Below, in pieces: positions 58,301-64,000 of a DNA stretch of 64,000 nt. The position numbers were made by a program, and so were the translations under genes. The DNA comes from the human T2T-CHM13v2.0 reference genome, Homo sapiens: NCBI RefSeq assembly GCF_009914755.1, contig NC_060948.1; one strand, 5' to 3'. The notes beneath the pieces were generated by a model, which was not told the DNA's origin, did not search any database, and saw only the letters and a program-made list of their open reading frames with translations. Each line of letters starts with the position of its first letter. Within the stretch, counting starts at the first letter, position 1.

Positions 58301-61300
58301 AATGGACACGAATGCTCAAATTGAATGGACTCGAATGGAATGGAAACGAAAGGAATGTCATCGAATGGAATTGAATCGATTGGAATGAAATCACATAGAA
58401 TGGAGTGGAATCAAATGGAATTGAATCGAAAGGAAAGGAAGCGAATGGACTGAAATGAAATGGAATGGAATTGAATGGAAATTAATGCAATGGAATAGAA
58501 TGGAACGAAATTTCACGGAATGGAATCAAACTGAATGGAATCAAATCAATGGAATATAATCAAATGGAATGGAAAGGAATTGAATGGAGTAGATTGGATT
58601 GGATGGGATTGGAATGAAATGTACTGGAAAGGACTCGAATTTCATGAAACGGAATGGAATGAATTAGAACGGAATGGACTCGAATGGAATGGAATGTCAT
58701 GGAATGGCATCAAATGGAATGGAATCGAATGCGATGGAATGCTATGGAATGGAATGGAATGCATTGGAATGGAATGTCCTCTAATGGAATGTATTCGAGT
58801 GGAATGGAATCGAATATAATGGAGTCGAATGAAATGGAATTGAAAGGAATGGGACCGAATACAATGGAATATACTGGAATGTAATGTAATGAACTCGAAT
58901 GTAATTGACTGGAATGGAATGTACATGAATGGAATGTAATCGAATGGAAAGCAATCCAATGGAATAGAATCTAATGCAATAAAATCGACTCAAATAGAGT
59001 AGAATGTAATGGAATGGAGTGCAGTGCAATGGAATGGAATGGAATGGAATGCAATGGAATGGAATGGAATGGAACGGAATGGGATGGAATGGTATGGAAT
59101 GGATAGTAATGGACTGGAGTGAAATGGACTGGAAAAGAATGGACTCAAATTGAAAGGGCTCGAAAGGAATGGAGTCAAATGGAATGGTCTGGAATGGAAT
59201 GAACACGAATGTAATGCAATCCAATGGAATGGAATCGAATGGCATGGAATATAAAGAAATGGAATCGAAGAGAATGGAAACAAATGGAATGGAATTGAAT
59301 GGAATGGAATTGAATGGAATGGGAACGAATGGAGTGAAATTGTATGCAGTAGAAGAGAATAGAATGGAATGCAAGCGAAAGGAAAGGAATGGATTGGAAT
59401 GGAATGGAATTCATTGGAATGGAAGGGAATGTAGTGTAATGGACAGGCCTGGAATAAAGTGGAATGCTACGGTCTCGAATGGAATAAAAATGTATGGAAT
59501 GGAATGCAATGAAACGGAATCGAATGTCATAGAATGTAATGGAATGCAAAAAAATGGACTCTAAAATCATTGACTGGAAAGGCTGGGTGTCGAAAGGAAT
59601 TGACTCCAATGGAATGGAATCGAATGGAATGGAAGTGAATAGAATCGAACTAAATCGAATGGAATGGAATTGATAGGAACGGAATGGAAAGGAATGCAAT
59701 GATTTGGCATGGAATGGAATCGAATGGCATCGAATGGAATGGAATGGAATGCAATGGAATGGAATGTATTAGAATGTAATGAAGTTTAATGGAATGTACT
59801 CGAATGGATTCGACTGGAATGGAATGTTCTCGAAGTGAATGGACTTCAATGGAATGGATTCGAAAGGAATGGAATCTAATGGAATGGAATTAAATGGAAA
59901 TGAATCAAATTGAATAGAACGGAATTGAATTGAATGGAATCGAATGCAATGGAATCTAATGAAACGGAAAGGAAAGGAATGGAATGGATTGGAATGGAAT
60001 CGGCTGGAATGGAATGGAATCGAAACGAATGGAATGGAATCGAACTGAAGAGACTGGAATGGAATGCACTGGAATGGAAGGGAATGTAATGGAAGGTTCT
60101 CGAAAAAAATGGAATCGAAAGGAATGGAATTGAATGGAACGGAATAGAGTCGAAAGGAATTGAATGGAATGGAATGGACTAGAGTGAAATGGAATCGAAC
60201 CACAAGGAATGGACAGGAATAGAATGGTCTCGAATTGAATGGAATCGTATGGAATGGCATCAAACGGAATGGAATGGACAGCCACGGAATGGAATGGACA
60301 CCCACGGAATGGAAAGCACTCGAATGCAAAGGAGTCGACACTAATGGACTGAATAGAATGGACTCGACTGGTACGGACTCCAATGGAATGGAATCGAATG
60401 GAAGGGAATCGAACGGAATGGACTCGAAGGGAAAAGACTGCAATGGAAAGGTCTCCAATGGAATGGAAATTAATGGAATGGAATGGAATCGAATGAAATG
60501 GAGTCAAAAGGAATGGAATCGAATGGCAAGAAATCGAATGTAATGGAATCGCAAGGAATTGATGTGAACGGAACGGAATGGAATGGAATCCAAAGGAATG
60601 GAATAGAATGGAATGGAATCGAATGGAAAGGACTCGAATGGAAATCACTCGAATAGAATGCAATTTAATAAAATAGGATCAAATGTAATGGAATGGAATG
60701 GAAAGGAATCGAAACGAAAGGAATGGAGACAGATGGAATGGAATGGAACAGAGAGCAATGGTATAGAATGGAATGGAATCATCTGGAATGGAATTGAATG
60801 GAATGGAATAATATGAAATGGAATGGAATGGAATGGAATGCCCTTGAATTAAATGGACTGGAATGGAATGGACTCGAACAGAGTGGAATGGAAAGTGTTG
60901 AAATAGAATGGAATGGACTCGTTTGGAATGGTCTAGTATGCAATGCAATCGACTGGCAGGCAATCAAAAGGAATGTAATCGAATGGATTGGACTGGAATG
61001 CAATGGACTCGAATAGATTGGAAACGGAAAGCAAAGGAATGGAATGGAATAGTATGGAATGGAATGGAAAGGAATGGAGTGGAATAGACTAGAGTGGAAT
61101 GGAATGGACTCGAAAGCAATGGACTGGAATGGAACTTTCTTGAATGGACTGGAATCAAACGGAATGGAATGCAATGCAATCAAATGGCATGGAATAAAAT
61201 AGAATGAAAGAGAATCAAATGGAATTGAATCGAATGGAATCGAATGGATTGGAAAGGAATAGAATGGAATGGAATGGAATTGACTCAAATGGAATGGACT

Positions 61301-62290
61301 AGAATGGAATGGATTCGAATGGAAGTCAAAGGAATGGAATCTATTGGAATGGACTGTAATGGAATGGAATGGAAGGGATTGGAATGGACTCGAATGGAAT
61401 GGACTGCCATAGAAAGGATTCGAATGGAATGAAAAAGAATTGAATGGAATAGAACAGAATGGAATCAAATCGAATGAAATGGAATGGAATAGAAAGGAAT
61501 GGAATGAAATGGAATGGAAAGGATTCAAATGGAATGCAATCGAATGGAATGCAATCGAGTGGAATGGAATCGAACGGAATGGAATAAAATGGAAGAAAAC
61601 TGGCAAGAAATGGAATCGAAATGAATGGAGTGTTATGGAACGGACTCAAAAGGAATTGAATGTAATAGAATGGAGTGGAGTGGACTCGAATATAATGGAC
61701 TGGAATGGAATGAAATCACATGGAATGGGAACGAATGGAATGGAATGGAAAGGAATGGAATCGAATGGAAAGGAATCGAATGGAAGGGAATGAAATTGAA
61801 TCAACAGGAATGGAAGGGAGTAGAATAGACGGTAATGGAATGGACTCGAATAGAATGGACACGAATGCTCAAATTGAATGGACTCGAATGGAATGGAAAC
61901 GAAAGGAATGTCATCGAATGGAATTGAATCGATTGGAATGAAATCACATAGAATGGAGTGGAATCAAATGGAATTGAATCGAAAGGAAAGGAAGCGAATG
62001 GACTGAAATGAAATGGAATGGAATTGAATGGAAATTAATGCAATGGAATAGAATGGAACGAAATTTCACGGAATGGAATCAAACTGAATGGAATCAAATC
62101 AATGGAATATAATCAAATGGAATGGAAAGGAATTGAATGGAGTAGATTGGATTGGATGGGATTGGAATGAAAAGTACTGGAAAGGACTCGAATTTCATGA
62201 AACGGAATGGAATGAATTAGAACGGAATGGACTCGAATGGAATGGAATGTCATGGAATGGCATCAAATGGAATGGAATCGAATGCGATGG
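28400..62290 (+). repeat. DYZ1 variant block C (~9.5 units)
   Basis: Shared markers: TCACATAG, GAATTAGAACGG, GGGACCGAATAC, AAAGCAATCC, GTTCTCGAAG, single GGCATCAAA, a 15-bp duplication of GGAATGCAATCGAAT, a 20-bp duplication CAGCCACGG...CACCCACGG, and no TCGTACGG. Confidence 0.78.
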
Positions 62291-64000
62291 AATAGAATGC
62301 AATGGAATGCTATGGAATGGAATGGAATGCATTGGAATGGAATGTCCTCTAATGGAATGGATTCGAGTGGAATGGAATCGAATATAATGGAGTCGAATGA
62401 AATGGAATTGAAAGGAATGGGATCGAATACCATGTAATATACTGGAATGTAATGTAATGAACTCGAATGTAATTGACTGGAATGGAATGTACATGAATGG
62501 AATGTAATCGAATGGAAAGTAATCCAATGGAATAGAATCTAATGCAATAAAATCGACTCAAATAGAATAGAATGTAATGGAATGGAGTGCAGTGCAATGG
62601 AATGGAATGGAATGGAATGCAATGGAATGGAATGGAATGGAATGGAATAGGATGGAATGGTATGGAATGGATAGTAATGGACTGGAGTGAAATGGACTGG
62701 AAAAGAATGGACTCAAATTGAAAGGGCTCGAAAGGAATGGAGTCAAATGGAATGGTCTGGAATGGAATGAATACGAATGTAATGCAATCCAATAGAATGG
62801 AATCGAATGGTATGGAATATAAAGAATTGGAATCGAAGAGAATGGAAACAAATGGAATGGAATTGAATGGAATGGAATTGAATGGAATGGGAACGAATGG
62901 AGTGAAATTGTATGCAGTAGAAGAGAATAGAATGGAATGCAAGCGAAAGGAAAGGAATGGATTGGAATGGAATGGAATTCATTGGAATGGAAGGGAATGT
63001 AGTGTAATGGACAGGCCTGGAATAAAGTGGAATGCTACGGTCTCGAATGGAATAAAAGTGTATGGAATAGAATGCAATGAAACGGAATCGAATGTCATAG
63101 AATGTAATGGAATGCAAAAAAATGGACTCCAAAATCATTGACTGGAAAGGCTGGGTGTCGAAAGGAATTGCCTCCAATGGAATGGAATCGAATGGAATGG
63201 AAGTGAAAAGAATGGAACTAAATCGAATGGAATGGAATTGATAGGAACGGAATGGAAAGGAATGCAATGATTTGGCATGGAATGGAATCGAATGGCATCG
63301 AATGGAATGGAATGGAATGCAATTGAATGGAATGTATTAGAATGTAATGAACTTTAATGTAATGTACTCGAATGGATTCGACTGGAATGGAATGTTCTCG
63401 AAGTGAATGGACTCCAATGGAATGGATTCGAAAGGAATGGAATCTAATGGAATGGAATTAAATGGAAATGAATCAAATTGAATAGAACGGAATTGAATGG
63501 AATGGAATCGAATGCAATGGAATCTAATGAAACGGCAAGGAAAGTAATGGAATGGAATGGAATGGGCTGGAATTGAATGGAATCGAAACGAATGGAATGG
63601 AGTCGAACTGAAGAGACTGAAATGGAATGCACTGGAATGGAAGGGAGTGTAATGGAAGGTTCTCGAAAAAAATGGAATCGAAAGGAATGGAATTGAATGG
63701 AACGGAATAGAGTCGAATGGAATTCAATGGAATGGAATGGACTAGAGTGAAATGGAATCGAACCACAAGGAATGGACAGGAACAGAATGGTCTCGAATTG
63801 AATGGAATCGTATGGAATGGCATCAAACGGAATGGAATGGACAGCCACGGAATGGAATGCACTCGAATGCAATGGAGTCGACACTAATGGACTGGAATAG
63901 AATGGACTCGACTGGTATGGACTCCAATGGAATGGAATCGAATGGAAGGGAATGGAACGGAATGGACTCGAAGGGAAAAGACTGCAATGGAAAGGTCTCG
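62290..64000 (+). repeat. DYZ1 variant unit D (hybrid markers; matches the window start)
   Basis: After ~62290 several C markers are replaced (GGGATCG, AAAGTAATCC, GGGAGTGT, single CAGCCACGG) while others persist (GTTCTCGAAG, AATAGAACGG, GGAAAAGAAT). 63802-64000 is identical to 1-199. Confidence 0.65.

Larger units (their letters stand above)
2746..63013 (+). repeat. 17 complete HaeIII-defined DYZ1 monomers
   Basis: GGCC at 2746, 6264, 9803, 13337, 16891, 20420, 23968, 27516, 31029, 34581, 38130, 41699, 45238, 48797, 52355, 55892, 59446 and 63014. Unit lengths are 3518, 3539, 3534, 3554, 3529, 3548, 3548, 3513, 3552, 3549, 3569, 3539, 3559, 3558, 3537, 3554 and 3568 bp (mean ~3545). The spacing of the recurring spurious ORFs (e.g. 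MESNGKDSNG at 356, 3889, 7407, 10961) gives the same period. Confidence 0.93.
1..64000 (+). repeat. DYZ1: Human Satellite III array, DYZ1 (Yq12) type: ~18 head-to-tail units of ~3.55 kb built from degenerate GGAAT pentamers
   Basis: Seen: continuous GGAAT-derived pentamers (GGAAT, CGAAT, GGACT, TGAAT, CAAAT, GCAAT). Landmarks such as ACAGGCCT, CAGCCACGG, TTTAATAAAATAGG and GGCTGGGTGTCG recur every ~3.55 kb. Established, recalled from memory: DYZ1 is a ~3.56 kb HaeIII unit of (TTCCA)n whose sequence begins CCTGTCCATTACACTACATTCCC. That is the reverse complement of GGGAATGTAGTGTAATGGACAGG, seen here at 9782-9804. The usual CATTC orientation is the minus strand of this window. Confidence 0.97.

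Noticed and set aside
11-63884. Hundreds of ORFs up to 313 aa (MEWNG-rich on +, FHSIP-rich on -)
   Set aside because: They are translations of (GGAAT)n and (ATTCC)n, which contain no stop codons in any frame. They recur with the unit period, change frame with 1-bp deletions and show no domain-like sequence.
1-64000. CRISPR-like or other repeat-spacer array
   Set aside because: There are no unique spacers. The sequence between landmarks is itself repeated in every unit and derives from the same pentamer.
1-64000. DYZ2/HSat1B blocks, Alu/L1 insertions or an orientation switch
   Set aside because: I saw no AT-rich DYZ2 or Alu-derived sequence, and no stretch reading (CATTC)n on the + strand. 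HaeIII spacing never exceeds 3569 bp, leaving no room for an insertion.
1-64000. HSat2 or an autosomal HSat3 subfamily
   Set aside because: The ~3.55 kb period with one HaeIII site and the DYZ1 landmark sequences fit Yq12. The CATTCGATTC-dominated pattern typical of HSat2 is not the backbone.

Overview
The whole 64 kb window is one uninterrupted tandem satellite array: human Satellite III (HSat3) of the Y-chromosome DYZ1 type (Yq12 heterochromatin). The + strand reads as degenerate (GGAAT)n throughout, with no inversion, no DYZ2/HSat1B block, no transposon and no credible gene. All ORFs in the track are translations of the pentamer. The array has about 18 head-to-tail units of about 3.55 kb, each marked by one GGCC (HaeIII) site in ACAGGCCT, at 2746, 6264, 9803, 13337, 16891, 20420, 23968, 27516, 31029, 34581, 38130, 41699, 45238, 48797, 52355, 55892, 59446 and 63014 (spacings 3513-3569 bp). 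I see no new protein-coding system. The interesting signal lies in the array's internal structure. (1) Each unit carries three perfect nGAAn-nTTCn-nGAAn heat-shock elements in register with the pentamer, and individual units have lost individual elements. (2) The units group into subfamily blocks with readable switch points. (3) There are recent single-unit duplications, a ~7.1 kb dimer signal and a mosaic match at an offset of 21,326 bp. (4) The first and last 199 bp are identical and share private variants, suggesting an ~63.8 kb (18-unit) super-repeat. (5) All unit-length variation is accounted for by whole-pentamer steps plus 1-bp deletions. All comparisons were made by eye and need confirming by alignment.
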